Translations under genes and position numbers: made by a program
Source of the DNA: a virus
Taxonomy: Duplodnaviria > Caudoviricetes
Direction: 5' to 3' (one strand)
DNA length: 38,395 nucleotides
Virus record (IMG/VR): IMGVR_UViG_3300037484_001209
Coordinates: 1 to 38,395 of that record
Notes under the pieces: model-generated
Seen by the model: only the letters and a program-made list of their open reading frames with translations
Database searches by the model: none
Told to the model about the DNA's origin: nothing
Part shown: positions 9,637-18,632 of the stretch, piece by piece
Numbering within the stretch: position 1 is the first letter of the stretch
Layout: each line of letters starts with the position of its first letter

Positions 9637-11468
9637 TATCGTGCAGCTCCTGCGAGGTCTTTATTTGGATATTTAATTTCCACAATTGAGTTTTTTGGAA
9701 TGTAAATTATTCCATTCTTTTTGTTTTGCTCTGTATTAAACGATATCGAAGAATACGATCGACCATCAAAAGTCCCAACTCTGTTTTCTATGTTTAGATC
9801 GATCAAGGAAATTACACCTGGGACCGAGGCGATCGTCGTATAAATGTCGGTGATATTAATTGGTTGTCCTAGGGACCATGTATTTACATCGAAAAGATCC
9901 TTAAGAGCCAAAATACAATTTGCGATAATTTCCGTCTTGTTGACATCTGGAGTTGATAGGACGTTAAAATTGACTGAAAAATTTATTATAGAACCATCCA
10001 AAATTTCAATAGCATCAGTAAACATCCTAAATCTTGAAAGATATGTTTTTAGATTTTTCTTTAGATCTGCGGGGGCGGTAGTAATCATTCCTGACGAATT
10101 CCTAGATAACACTACGAGTTCTACAGCCGACTTATTGACAGCACTTAGCTGTGCAGATGCACGAAAAACAGATCCAAATTTTGAAGGCATAGACAAAGAT
10201 CTGGCAACAAAATCTGGAAGAGTAACAACTCTGGATTGAGATGCATGAATTGCAGGAATTAGTTGTTTAATCTCCTCTAGTGATAGAACATCCCTACCCC
10301 CCTGAATAGGAGAAGGATTTAGAACTGAAAAGGAATTTGAAACATCCCTAAGAACAGACTGATTTAATGTAGAGTCCCCTACTTCAAAAACGTGGTCTAC
10401 TACCGTGTCAATTTCCTGAGAACCAACACTAGTATTGGAGCCTCCACCAACCCTGTATTTGACTGTAAGCGTGGTATTAACTGGAGCTAAGCCAAGTGTT
10501 CTTGTTTTTAAGAAATTTTGAGGATCCAAAGAAAAGTCAGTAAATGTATCTTTCCCATACAGAGGTAAAGATAAATCTCCAAGATCTGGTATGAGTTCTC
10601 CATCAAAAGTTTGCGCGTCGCCAGTCCCGAAGATCAAAGATGTTTTATTGGTAACAATATCATATTCAGTTACAAATCTATAAGGAACAGATCTTAAACG
10701 CAACACAAACGGAACCTCCGATGCGTCGGCGCTTGTGTTTGCTGCCCCCTCGAAAAGCGTATCCTGCGCGAGATAATCTACTTCAAACCACTCATTTCCG
10801 TTTGAGTCTGTCACCTTTAGAACTTCAAGGACATCTTCTTCGGGTATTGTTAATTTTTTAAACGATTCATACGAAGTCACACTGAATGTGGTAGTTTTTG
10901 TTTCCCCCGCCTTCACTTCAACACCAGAGACCTTTATGGCAAAAGATACTGGTTCTTGTGTCTGCGGATTTCTACTGGAAACTTGAACATATTTTGAGTC
11001 TTGTATATTAACTTTGGAAAAATCTGTGTCTGTCAATGTTTCGAAAGTGCCGCCGTCTTTGCTTTTGCCTTTAGCCCCTCGTTTTACCGTCCCAGCGTAT
11101 CTCATGTCTGGAATTATATTAGCGTTTACAATCCTTGCTGGTAGCTTTATGAATGCATCGACCACCCCTGTGGCGGCCGATTTACCAAACGGCTTGAACC
11201 CTAACTGTTTGGCGTGTTTTAAGATATTTTTCATCTCAACGGCAGATTCAGTAAAACTCTCATTAACTGATTTATCTAAATAAAATGATAAGTTGTCCCC
11301 AATAAACGAAACCAATTCCGTCAGCAAAATCCCAGCGTTTGATTCATTAAAATCTGATACTGTATCTGGAAAATAAATCCTTAAATGTTCAATAAGATCT
11401 CGTTTAAAGGAGTCGAAATCTCTATTAAGATAGCGAATATTTCTTTTTTTTGTAATAGTAGTCGACAT
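9636..11468 (-). CDS. gp6: Baseplate wedge subunit, T4 gp6 / baseplate J-like (610 aa)
   Basis: YLNRDFDSFKRDLI...SDFNES...LSFYLD...ESF...AKQLGFKP; LIFGTG; VKYRVGGG; GGRD...EEIK...QSRVVTLPDF. These are hallmark gp6/J motifs. Confidence 0.9.
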   Translation of the reverse strand: MSTTITKKRNIRYLNRDFDSFKRDLIEHLRIYFPDTVSDFNESNAGILLTELVSFIGDNLSFYLDKSVNESFTESAVEMKNILKHAKQLGFKPFGKSAATGVVDAFIKLPARIVNANIIPDMRYAGTVKRGAKGKSKDGGTFETLTDTDFSKVNIQDSKYVQVSSRNPQTQEPVSFAIKVSGVEVKAGETKTTTFSVTSYESFKKLTIPEEDVLEVLKVTDSNGNEWFEVDYLAQDTLFEGAANTSADASEVPFVLRLRSVPYRFVTEYDIVTNKTSLIFGTGDAQTFDGELIPDLGDLSLPLYGKDTFTDFSLDPQNFLKTRTLGLAPVNTTLTVKYRVGGGSNTSVGSQEIDTVVDHVFEVGDSTLNQSVLRDVSNSFSVLNPSPIQGGRDVLSLEEIKQLIPAIHASQSRVVTLPDFVARSLSMPSKFGSVFRASAQLSAVNKSAVELVVLSRNSSGMITTAPADLKKNLKTYLSRFRMFTDAIEILDGSIINFSVNFNVLSTPDVNKTEIIANCILALKDLFDVNTWSLGQPINITDIYTTIASVPGVISLIDLNIENRVGTFDGRSYSSISFNTEQNKKNGIIYIPKNSIVEIKYPNKDLAGAAR

Positions 11469-11488
11469 TGTATAATCAATCCTCTTCT

Positions 11489-11866
11489 TTATCTAATCCG
11501 TTGTTCAAGACTACCTTCTAGCTGACCTATGGAAAATTTTAATTTTACATTTATTTCGTTAGCGTTTAGTCCTTTGTTGGAATTGTAGTCTTCAACTATA
11601 ATTGAATCTATTTTTACAAAAGGCATCCATTTTTCCATAGCAACCGATACAGAATCAACAACACGCTGAGATGCGTCTGGGGCTTGATCAAATACTATAC
11701 CTCTAAGATTTGCCCCAAAATCATAATGTATAGGTCTTTCACCGTGATTTGTCAAAAGTAACATCCTAATATTGTCGGTCACCGCCTCAATAGTAGATTC
11801 GTTGATCTGAAAAGCCCCCCTCGGCGAGTGTTTCATGGGAAACTTAAAATTGATGCCTTTTGCCAT
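11489..11866 (-). CDS. gp25: Baseplate wedge protein gp25 / GPW family (125 aa)
   Basis: NIRMLLLTNHGERPIHYDFGANLRGIVFD...EKWMPFVKI matches the GPW_gp25 consensus. Confidence 0.92.
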   Translation of the reverse strand: MAKGINFKFPMKHSPRGAFQINESTIEAVTDNIRMLLLTNHGERPIHYDFGANLRGIVFDQAPDASQRVVDSVSVAMEKWMPFVKIDSIIVEDYNSNKGLNANEINVKLKFSIGQLEGSLEQRIR

Positions 11867-11870
11867 GTGA

Positions 11871-11877
11871 ATAATTA
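11871..11877 (-). promoter_or_regulatory. Candidate late-promoter motif TAATTAT, 4 nt upstream of the gp25 ATG
   Basis: Same spacing as TACTTAT upstream of the gene starting at 36950. No Shine-Dalgarno present. A gp55-like sigma factor is encoded in the window. Confidence 0.3.
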
Positions 11878-11900
11878 GTTGGATTATAATTTATTGTATT

Positions 11901-12125
11901 TTATAATGCCAAAAGAACAGCACCAATTCCTGGAACATCGATCACTGTCACTACGTCTGTAGGGAGCCAGGTAATAACAAACTTATCAGATATACATATA
12001 CCAGAAAATATTTGGTTTGCAGGATCACTTATCGTAACAACATAAGCTTCTTCTTGTTGCCGTCCAGGCGGTTTAAACATGCAGGCATCATTAACCACCA
12101 AAGTATTTACCAAGGCTGTAGGCAT
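11901..12125 (-). CDS. Small hypothetical protein between spike and gp25 (74 aa)
   Basis: Start overlaps the stop of the gp5-like gene (TAATG). Beta-rich composition. Confidence 0.55.
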   Translation of the reverse strand: MPTALVNTLVVNDACMFKPPGRQQEEAYVVTISDPANQIFSGICISDKFVITWLPTDVVTVIDVPGIGAVLLAL

Positions 12126-13219
12126 TATTCTATTTTATTTTTTCTTGATAAGATATTTTGAGAGATGAGGGATTTTATAGTATTTAAATTGGTTACCAAC
12201 ACGGGATTAGACGGTATTGGGATAGAACCCAAAGCCCCAACTGGACCTGTACTAATTGCGTCAATAATTTTTGTCAATTCACCAACAAGCTTATTCCCGA
12301 GTACTGCTTGTTCTTGAGCGTTGGATCCTAAAAATATTTCTTGCGCGTCAATGTATATATTTCCACCCTCAACCACCAATTTCATTCCATTTCTTGCAAT
12401 TATTCTTATTTGGTCGCTTTTAATTCCGATAGAGGCAGAGGGGCCTGACGATTCTCCAACATTAATAGAAAAATTACCATCCACATCAGAATTGGCAGTA
12501 ACATAAATTCTAGATTTATCACTTGATAAATCCATATTATCTTGTACGCTGCGACCTGTAACAATGTCAATAGTTCCTGCTCGTTGGCGCTGCCCTGATC
12601 CAATATCGCTTGGACGATCGCGACCTAAAACAATCATTGAATCATTAGATCCTTCAATTACACGATCACCAACACGAGCGACAAACGGCAAACCTTCTTC
12701 GATTTCAAACTCAGGCGAGACTGATATTGATGATAGTTCGGAATTTGTATCTTGTACCGCTTGTTCTATCCCTACAGAGCTAAATTCGTTATTTGGATCG
12801 TCTTGATATTTTTTTATGCCTTGAACATAATTTTTATTGTCAACGTTGTTTGGTTCGGAGACTCGGCATAACCATAGACCGTGTGATTTTCTGCCTGCAT
12901 CTTCGAAAATCACATATATATGCTCTCCCTCTTTTGCGGGGAATATGTCATGTGTGAATATGGGCCAAAAAACTGGTAAATCTTCAGGGTCTAAGTCTCT
13001 ATCTCTTCCGTTGGTAATCACTCTTGCTCTTATGCTATTCTTGGGATTTGGAGGATCTTGTTCGAATTGTCCCCCAACCATGTCAATTGAAACCACAGAT
13101 GCACGATAAAGGAAATCGTAATCATCCAAATTTCCATCGACGTAATCTTTAAGAAGATTGTTGAAAATCCTATCTGGGCTTAGTATTTCTTTTGCCCTTA
13201 TCGGGCGGCGGTGAGCCAT
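12125..13219 (-). CDS. Baseplate central spike / hub protein, gp5/gpV-like (364 aa)
   Basis: N-terminal OB-fold-like FPAKEGEHIYVIFED; GDRVIEGSNDSMIVLG; C-terminal IYIDAQEIFLGSNAQEQAVLGNKLV typical of spike proteins. Upstream of gp25. Confidence 0.7.
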   Translation of the reverse strand: MAHRRPIRAKEILSPDRIFNNLLKDYVDGNLDDYDFLYRASVVSIDMVGGQFEQDPPNPKNSIRARVITNGRDRDLDPEDLPVFWPIFTHDIFPAKEGEHIYVIFEDAGRKSHGLWLCRVSEPNNVDNKNYVQGIKKYQDDPNNEFSSVGIEQAVQDTNSELSSISVSPEFEIEEGLPFVARVGDRVIEGSNDSMIVLGRDRPSDIGSGQRQRAGTIDIVTGRSVQDNMDLSSDKSRIYVTANSDVDGNFSINVGESSGPSASIGIKSDQIRIIARNGMKLVVEGGNIYIDAQEIFLGSNAQEQAVLGNKLVGELTKIIDAISTGPVGALGSIPIPSNPVLVTNLNTIKSLISQNILSRKNKIE

Positions 13220-13456
13220 TTAGGCGTCCCTCTTTCTTATCTCTTCCTCTACAAGGGTGAACAACTTTTCTGGTTCTGAGGCGTTAAATCCCCTCTTGAC
13301 AAGTTCGGCAGAAATTATTTGCAATTCTTGCCTATATTTCCCAAATTTTTCCATTAACGGAGCTATTTCTATCGCTAAAGGAACGTATTTATCAATTAAA
13401 GAATTGTAACGATCTACCAGATCCTCTAAATTAATATTTGTAAGATCGTTACTCAT
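13220..13456 (-). CDS. Hypothetical protein (78 aa)
   Basis: Tightly packed between neighbours, helical composition. Confidence 0.65.
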   Translation of the reverse strand: MSNDLTNINLEDLVDRYNSLIDKYVPLAIEIAPLMEKFGKYRQELQIISAELVKRGFNASEPEKLFTLVEEEIRKRDA

Positions 13457-13760
13457 TATTTTTTTCGTTTATTTCTTCTGATATTTTACGTAGATCTTCT
13501 TCAGAAAGATCTTCGGTGTCTTCTTTATCTTTTTGCAAAACCTTAATTAGTTCAACAACTTGACTTGTTTGTTTTACCAGCAAATCTCCGTATTTTGCCA
13601 GCGTATCACCAGAAACAGCATATCTCTCTATGCTTCCAGAGAGTAGTCCTTTCAACTCAAAAAAAACTTCCTTAATGGACTCTCTATCTTCGGTTAATTG
13701 CCCCCAAAGGTGGTCATATACATCCGCTATAGTTTTATTTATTGTATTTTTTCTTGACAT
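13449..13760 (-). CDS. Hypothetical helical protein (103 aa)
   Basis: GGGGA SD-like site upstream; packed operon position. Confidence 0.7.
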   Translation of the reverse strand: MSRKNTINKTIADVYDHLWGQLTEDRESIKEVFFELKGLLSGSIERYAVSGDTLAKYGDLLVKQTSQVVELIKVLQKDKEDTEDLSEEDLRKISEEINEKNNE

Positions 13761-13778
13761 TTAATATCCCCAACAAAA

Positions 13779-14522
13779 CTACACTTCACCATTTAAATAT
13801 CTTTTTCGAAAAGAATCGTATCGTTTTCTTATTCTGTTTAAGTTGGTAGCAACTTGTTTCGTTGTGCATCCAGTTATTTCTTTTATGTATAGAAATATCC
13901 CTTTTTTGTTATAAATAGGAACAAGTTCTGGGTTAGAAAGTAACAATATTATGGCCTCTAGAACCATTCTTTCTTGCTTTTTGACAACCTTCGAGCGCCA
14001 TTTTTTTACTTCTTCTGAAATTAATATGTTAAATTCGGTTTCTATCAATTTTGATTCATAATCGTGAGATAAGGTATCATCAGTCTTTTCTAGCTTCTTT
14101 ATTAGTGCAGAATCTAAATTTACGTCAGATTTTGTCTTTTGAAAAGTTTTAGCACGCTGAATGAACCAGTTTTTGGCGGTGACATTAAAATAAGAAAAAG
14201 CTTTATGACCTCGTGTGGCATCAAATTTGTGTAATATCTCAAATAAAAATGAAACACAATCATTTTTTAGTATAGAAATATCACCAATAGAATTAAATTT
14301 ATAAACAAATATAATATTTTCTACCAATTTCATCAAAGCTGGGCGTATCCTGGTGGCAAATATTTCTTTCTTTTTTTCTGTGTCAAGTTCTCTCTGAAAC
14401 TCGACGATGGCGTCTTCTACTTTTTGATCAAAATAAATCCCACCAGAAGGAGTGGGGGAGCCGTCAGAATTGTTTTTCTTTCTCTTGATTTTCTTCTTTG
14501 GCGATTGTTGTTTCTCTTGCAT
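13779..14522 (-). CDS. gp55: Phage late-transcription sigma factor, T4 gp55-like (247 aa)
   Basis: IYFDQKVEDAIVEF...LMKLVENII...DCVSFLFEILHKFDATRGHKAFSYFNVTAKNWFI parallels sigma region 2 of gp55 (FDPEK...FAYF). Confidence 0.75.
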   Translation of the reverse strand: MQEKQQSPKKKIKRKKNNSDGSPTPSGGIYFDQKVEDAIVEFQRELDTEKKKEIFATRIRPALMKLVENIIFVYKFNSIGDISILKNDCVSFLFEILHKFDATRGHKAFSYFNVTAKNWFIQRAKTFQKTKSDVNLDSALIKKLEKTDDTLSHDYESKLIETEFNILISEEVKKWRSKVVKKQERMVLEAIILLLSNPELVPIYNKKGIFLYIKEITGCTTKQVATNLNRIRKRYDSFRKRYLNGEV

Positions 14523-14826
14523 TTATATATCCTACTATGGTATTTCGAGCTATGACTAACAATCTAAAAATATTTTGTATATCTGGATCGTTGGCAATTA
14601 ATTGTCGTCCTTTCATTAGTGAATCAAGCGTCTCGACGACCTGATTCATATCTTCTATTGTGGTAGTAAAAAACTCTTCATATTTCAAAGCTAAACTTAG
14701 CACTTCTTGCCCATTTTCGAGGGCTTCTTGGTATTCTTTGTTTTTCTTTTTCCCCAAATAAAAAGAATAACCAAAATATCCCGACAACAACGATAATAGC
14801 ACACAAAGAACAATCAGTAAAATCAT
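14464..14826 (-). CDS. Single-pass membrane protein with coiled coil (120 aa)
   Basis: N-terminal hydrophobic stretch MILLIVLCVLLSLLSGYFGYSFYL followed by KKKNK. ATGA coupling to the upstream gene. Confidence 0.65.
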   Translation of the reverse strand: MILLIVLCVLLSLLSGYFGYSFYLGKKKNKEYQEALENGQEVLSLALKYEEFFTTTIEDMNQVVETLDSLMKGRQLIANDPDIQNIFRLLVIARNTIVGYINARETTIAKEENQEKEKQF

Positions 14827-15101
14827 ATTCGTATTCCTTTTTTTTTATATCGCATTCCACACAATGAACCATAAAATTCATTTGACGCCCGAAAAATAGA
14901 AATACCACACGAAGAAACCGACGCGGTGGTGACCTGCCTAGCATTAACATTACATATGGCGATCTTGTGGGCGGGATCACAAAGATGCAGAACGAAATCT
15001 GCATCTCCTTCGGAGCAAGGAGGCAGCGTAGGCGGCGGTGGGTTGGTGTGATTGAATGACTTGCAAAAATCCTCTCTGATTTTTCGGTCCTTACCCGACA
15101 T
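14823..15101 (-). CDS. Cys-rich hypothetical protein (92 aa)
   Basis: Strong SD GGAGG upstream; coupled to the downstream gene. Confidence 0.55.
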   Translation of the reverse strand: MSGKDRKIREDFCKSFNHTNPPPPTLPPCSEGDADFVLHLCDPAHKIAICNVNARQVTTASVSSCGISIFRASNEFYGSLCGMRYKKKGIRI

Positions 15102-15164
15102 ATCGTCCTCCCCCCACCAATAATAAAACCGAAAATAACAATATTTTTTTCATATTTCTCTTTG

Positions 15165-15365
15165 TTATTCTTCGTTTTTTGCGCAATATTTGCAAATATA
15201 ACAACCATTTCGTAAAAAGATAAGAGATTCCCTGAAAAATAAAGAACAATTAACACACTCTATAGTTTTATCATTAAATGTACGAGCATGGTTATTTGCA
15301 TATTTGTTAAGAGAAACAAGACATGGCCTTCTAGTGTGGCCCTTACCGTTTTGACCTTTACTCAT
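15165..15365 (-). CDS. Small putative Zn-finger protein (66 aa)
   Basis: CVNC...CKYC pairs; GGAG SD. Confidence 0.55.
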   Translation of the reverse strand: MSKGQNGKGHTRRPCLVSLNKYANNHARTFNDKTIECVNCSLFFRESLIFLRNGCYICKYCAKNEE

Positions 15366-15377
15366 ATATCTCCCCTC

Positions 15378-16133
15378 TCAAAACCCCAAGGTTTCATATT
15401 CCATTTTATATTCAAGCACGGCTTCATGATACTTTATCGTCTCGTTCGGATACTCTTGCAACTCTCCAGCGATTACTTTCTTTACATACGTTGGGCCAGC
15501 GTTATAAGCTCTCACGGCCAAAGACATATCTCCATTAAAAAGATTTAACATCTTCCACACATACCAAACTCCAAGTTGCACGTTGTCTTTGACCTTAAAA
15601 GAATTAAAAAATGTCTTATTCAAATCCGAAGCACACTCTTTGGCGGTTTCGGGCATTAACTGCATCAGGCCCTGCGCGCCTGCGCGTGAAACTGCTTGAG
15701 GATTAAAAGCTGATTCACGCTTTGTTATGGCCAAAATTAATGATATTGGAACGTCGTATTGTTCAGAATAATCAACGGCGGCGGTAGAGTATGCTGTTAA
15801 CCCATTAATATCTGGAGTATTTTTGTACCCATACCGAGAAATTGTATCTTGTACTGCTTTTCTTACCTTCTTAATTTTTGCCCAGCGCTTATCTGCTGGA
15901 GATATGGACTCTTCCAAGAGGGATACCTGTTCAGAAATTATCTTCATTTTTAGTAGATTTTCATCAACATTCGAAGCCAATAATATATTTTCACTATTAA
16001 GCTCGGCATGCTTTGCTGAAAGCTCTAACCTGACAAGAGTTAATTCTTGGCTGATGAGAAAAGAATACGCCGCCAAAGCGGTCACAAATGCGGGCATTAC
16101 TATAAATAAAAACACATTTTTTAAAATATTCAT
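15378..16133 (-). CDS. Lytic transglycosylase (SLT, GH23) with N-terminal TM helix and coiled coil (251 aa)
   Basis: AITKRESAFNPQAVSRAGAQGLMQLMPETA...NVQLGVWY...AVRAYNAGP...ETIKY are the canonical SLT motifs. AGGAG SD. Confidence 0.93.
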   Translation of the reverse strand: MNILKNVFLFIVMPAFVTALAAYSFLISQELTLVRLELSAKHAELNSENILLASNVDENLLKMKIISEQVSLLEESISPADKRWAKIKKVRKAVQDTISRYGYKNTPDINGLTAYSTAAVDYSEQYDVPISLILAITKRESAFNPQAVSRAGAQGLMQLMPETAKECASDLNKTFFNSFKVKDNVQLGVWYVWKMLNLFNGDMSLAVRAYNAGPTYVKKVIAGELQEYPNETIKYHEAVLEYKMEYETLGF

Positions 16134-16298
16134 TCAACTCTCCTATTTTGTAAAATGATCCGCAACAGTTTGAACGATTCACGCAAAAGGTTTAATTTTA
16201 TATTCGAACCTTTAACCAGCAATCATTAAAGCAGTTTCTAAAGATAGCCAAACTTCTTTTGTGAGGATTCCCCCATGAGTTTAAAGCGCATCATAAAA

Positions 16299-16325
16299 AT
16301 GATATCTCATCCGAAAAAAAGTCAA
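16299..16325 (-). promoter_or_regulatory. Possible sigma70-like promoter upstream of the SLT gene
   Basis: Minus strand TTGACT (16325-16320), 15 nt, TATCAT (16304-16299). The spacer is short, so the call is weak. Confidence 0.25.
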
Positions 16326-16335
16326 GAAAAAAAAA

Positions 16336-16635
16336 CTACAGATCTAAAACATCTGACACTGCAAACCCGTTGTCTTTGTTGGTGACATATCGATAGAATG
16401 AAGAAAAACTAGGAAAATCATCACGGAAGCGTTTTGTCTTTCTAAGCGATGTTAAATTATCCTTCAAATTTTCAAGTTTTTGAGTGTCCATCGTTTCCGC
16501 TGGTAATCTGAGTTCGTCGAAAAGTAGTTGCATATTATCATTAATAACTCTTCCTACCGTTTTTCCGTCTTCTGCTTTCTTGACCTTGTAGATTTCCTTG
16601 AACTTCTTACGCAGTCTTTTATTTTTTGTAATCAC
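16336..16635 (-). CDS. Hypothetical basic protein (99 aa)
   Basis: AAGGAG SD upstream of the GTG start. Confidence 0.65.
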   Translation of the reverse strand: MITKNKRLRKKFKEIYKVKKAEDGKTVGRVINDNMQLLFDELRLPAETMDTQKLENLKDNLTSLRKTKRFRDDFPSFSSFYRYVTNKDNGFAVSDVLDL

Positions 16636-16680
16636 TCTCTAATCTCCTTTTTAGTAAAAGTTAAATCGTAATGCATTTTA

Positions 16681-16863
16681 TCACGAAAGTTTACGAGGAG
16701 TAAAGGTTGTTTTTGGCAGTTTTACAAAAAAATATCCACCGAGACATTTAGAACAAATATATTTTTGGTATAAATCCATTTCTAACGCGTTTAATATTGT
16801 CCTGTTGCAATAAGGACAGATTACTTTAATTTTATTATTGTTTTTGTTAAAAAACATTACCAT
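16681..16863 (-). CDS. Small Zn-ribbon protein (60 aa)
   Basis: CPYC...CSKC motif; overlaps the upstream gene. Confidence 0.55.
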   Translation of the reverse strand: MVMFFNKNNNKIKVICPYCNRTILNALEMDLYQKYICSKCLGGYFFVKLPKTTFTPRKLS

Positions 16864-17161
16864 ACCTAGTCTTTCTGTATGATATTTTTATATTACCGAG
16901 AAGATGAACAAATAACTCTAAAGCCGCAAAACACATATCATCATAAACAGGAGATATAATACTAAGTTTAATCTTAACTTCGTCTAGAGAGTAGGAAATA
17001 TATGTAGTTTTATACTTTAACACTTCAGTGGACAACCGTAGATTTTGTAATGTTATTCGTAAAATATTATCAATTTCATTTTCTGGGACCATGTTTTTTT
17101 TAGAAGCAATAATTTCAACACAATATTCAGAAGGCTCCTGTGGCTTTGCACGGTTTTCCAT
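16847..17161 (-). CDS. Hypothetical protein (104 aa; start moved to the ATG at 17161)
   Basis: GGAGG SD precedes the ATG of MENRAK. Confidence 0.6.
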   Translation of the reverse strand: MENRAKPQEPSEYCVEIIASKKNMVPENEIDNILRITLQNLRLSTEVLKYKTTYISYSLDEVKIKLSIISPVYDDMCFAALELFVHLLGNIKISYRKTRYGNVF

Positions 17162-17222
17162 ATTTGCCTCCAATCTAACTGCCAATCTTTTTCAAAAAAG
17201 CCACCAAGATAATTTCTCGCAG

Positions 17223-17978
17223 CTACGAGGCCATCCTGGAGAGCTGCTGAGCACACACAATCAAACTAGAAAAACTCAACTCTCTTTTCTTTAGCGCATT
17301 CTTTGTATTTTTACCGACAATCCCGTCTACTTCCCCAATTTCATAATATCCCAATCTTATTAGCTGGGCCTGGATAAACATCTTTAATTGAATTACTTCG
17401 GGGACATAGCTGTTCCACTTTCCTATGTCTAGAATAGCACATTTTGCTATTAAAGTATAGTCCAATGTATCATGTTTAGACTTTCCTGCGTCTTGGTATG
17501 CATTGGCCCAATCAACCCCTGGATAGTCAAAATGCCAAGCTTCACTAGCACCTAAATCTGGGATGGTAATAATGGGATAAAATCCTATAGGTTTAGCAAT
17601 ATCCCAGAATTTTTTTAGCCATTTCTCTTTGGTGGTGTCTTTAAAATTTAACTCGCCTACAGAAAAATCTACAGCTCTTCCAGCTTGGTGAAACGATCCA
17701 CCAGGAGGGGAAACATACGCTGCTTTTTTACCCGTTAAGAATTCTTTTCTTGCTCTATCTTGCATTTCCCAAGTTCTAGATAATTCTGTAATGTATAGCT
17801 CACCTTTGTTTTCTTTAACTTTATCATTTAATTTTAGCAAAGCTATAAACATATCAGGAGTGATATAAGATGTTTCTCCAAATACAGAAACATCCCATCT
17901 TTCGTTTGGGTTTTTACTTTTTTTGTAGGAAGAAACCATCCCACTTGCCGCAACGGTATTTATTCTTTTCATTTTCAT
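17223..17978 (-). CDS. Endolysin: peptidase M15 domain plus C-terminal peptidoglycan-binding domain (251 aa)
   Basis: SRTWEMQ...SPPGGSFHQAGRAVDF...EAWHFDY (Zn ligands H, D, H). C-terminal QAQLIRLGY...VDGIVGKNTKNAL is PG_binding_1-like. Confidence 0.88.
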   Translation of the reverse strand: MKMKRINTVAASGMVSSYKKSKNPNERWDVSVFGETSYITPDMFIALLKLNDKVKENKGELYITELSRTWEMQDRARKEFLTGKKAAYVSPPGGSFHQAGRAVDFSVGELNFKDTTKEKWLKKFWDIAKPIGFYPIITIPDLGASEAWHFDYPGVDWANAYQDAGKSKHDTLDYTLIAKCAILDIGKWNSYVPEVIQLKMFIQAQLIRLGYYEIGEVDGIVGKNTKNALKKRELSFSSLIVCAQQLSRMAS

Positions 17979-18025
17979 AATAAATATCTCCTATATTGCT
18001 TACTGTAGTATTACATCTCTTATAA

Positions 18026-18058
18026 TTTATATATATTTTATATATATTTTATATATAT
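18026..18058 (+). repeat. Three perfect tandem copies of the 11-mer TTTATATATAT
   Basis: Units at 18026-18036, 18037-18047, 18048-18058. Confidence 0.9.
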
Positions 18059-18202
18059 TATTACATACTATTAAACGTAATATTACTAATTAAAACCTGT
18101 TTACTTACTGTAATAAATAGTATATAATAAAGGGCGGTTAAAGAGGGGGGGAATACAAAAAGGTTTTTTAAATATGTGTTTTTGTTGTATTTTAATGTAA
18201 AA

Positions 18203-18222
18203 TTACAGTAAACTTACTGTAA
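18203..18222. repeat. Inverted repeat TTACAGTAA-AC-TTACTGTAA directly after the cupin stop codon
   Basis: Perfect 9-bp arms with a 2-nt spacer. Confidence 0.85.
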
Positions 18223-18223
18223 G

Positions 18224-18631
18224 TCAATCACCCTTCAAAAGTCTATAACTGTCTTCTTCGAAATGTTGAGTTGAAAATTCTGTAATCAAAGAATCTTCTA
18301 ACGCAACTACTTGATGTACTCTTCCTGCAGGAATGTGAAAATATTCGCCTGCTTTTAGAATTGTTTTGTTGAAATATGTTCTGTAAAGATCATCTTTGAG
18401 CAAAACTTCTTTATTTTTTTCAAACCCACTACTGAGAAATTCTGTTCTATCATCCCACCAAACCTCTATCATTCCACTTGTTATATAAAATGTTTCTGTT
18501 TTTAATTTATGAAAATGAATTGAACATCTTTTATCCTTTCTGAAAAATAAAAGTTTTCCACAGTATTTTTCGCTGTTCACTACCCAAAGTTCATAACCCC
18601 AATTTTTAGGCACAAATTTATTAAATTCCAT
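18224..18631 (-). CDS. Cupin-fold protein, sugar isomerase-like (135 aa)
   Basis: KNWGYE...YCGKLL...CSIHFHKLKTETFYITSG...FHIPAGRVHQ is the two-motif cupin metal site. Confidence 0.85.
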   Translation of the reverse strand: MEFNKFVPKNWGYELWVVNSEKYCGKLLFFRKDKRCSIHFHKLKTETFYITSGMIEVWWDDRTEFLSSGFEKNKEVLLKDDLYRTYFNKTILKAGEYFHIPAGRVHQVVALEDSLITEFSTQHFEEDSYRLLKGD

Positions 18632-18632
18632 G

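Larger units (their letters stand above)
17979..18223. other. AT-rich intergenic region with repeats; candidate replication origin or regulatory hub
   Basis: Three tandem TTTATATATAT; four TTAC(A/T)GTA(A/G) quasi-palindromes at 18000, 18105, 18203, 18214; palindrome GTAATATTAC at 18077-18086; G-run at about 18145. Confidence 0.45.

Noticed and set aside
9636-13219. Tailocin, eCIS or T6SS instead of a phage
   Set aside because: The gp55-like sigma, homing endonucleases, Cas4-like nuclease and dense small ORFs indicate a large phage genome.
14678-15256. 192-aa minus-strand ORF, and other alternate-frame minus ORFs (6776, 12406, 15997, 17053, 21758, 28984, 31115, 32419)
   Set aside because: They overlap better-supported genes that have SD sites or family motifs.
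16188-16215. GGTTCGAAT (tRNA T-loop-like) on the minus strand, in an AAAGGTT...AACCTTT stem
   Set aside because: No cloverleaf, acceptor stem or correct T-stem pairing can be built; at most a weak leader hairpin.
17979-18223. Possible CRISPR array, given the Cas4-like gene
   Set aside because: The repeats are 9-11 bp and lack the 25-45-bp repeat/spacer periodicity.
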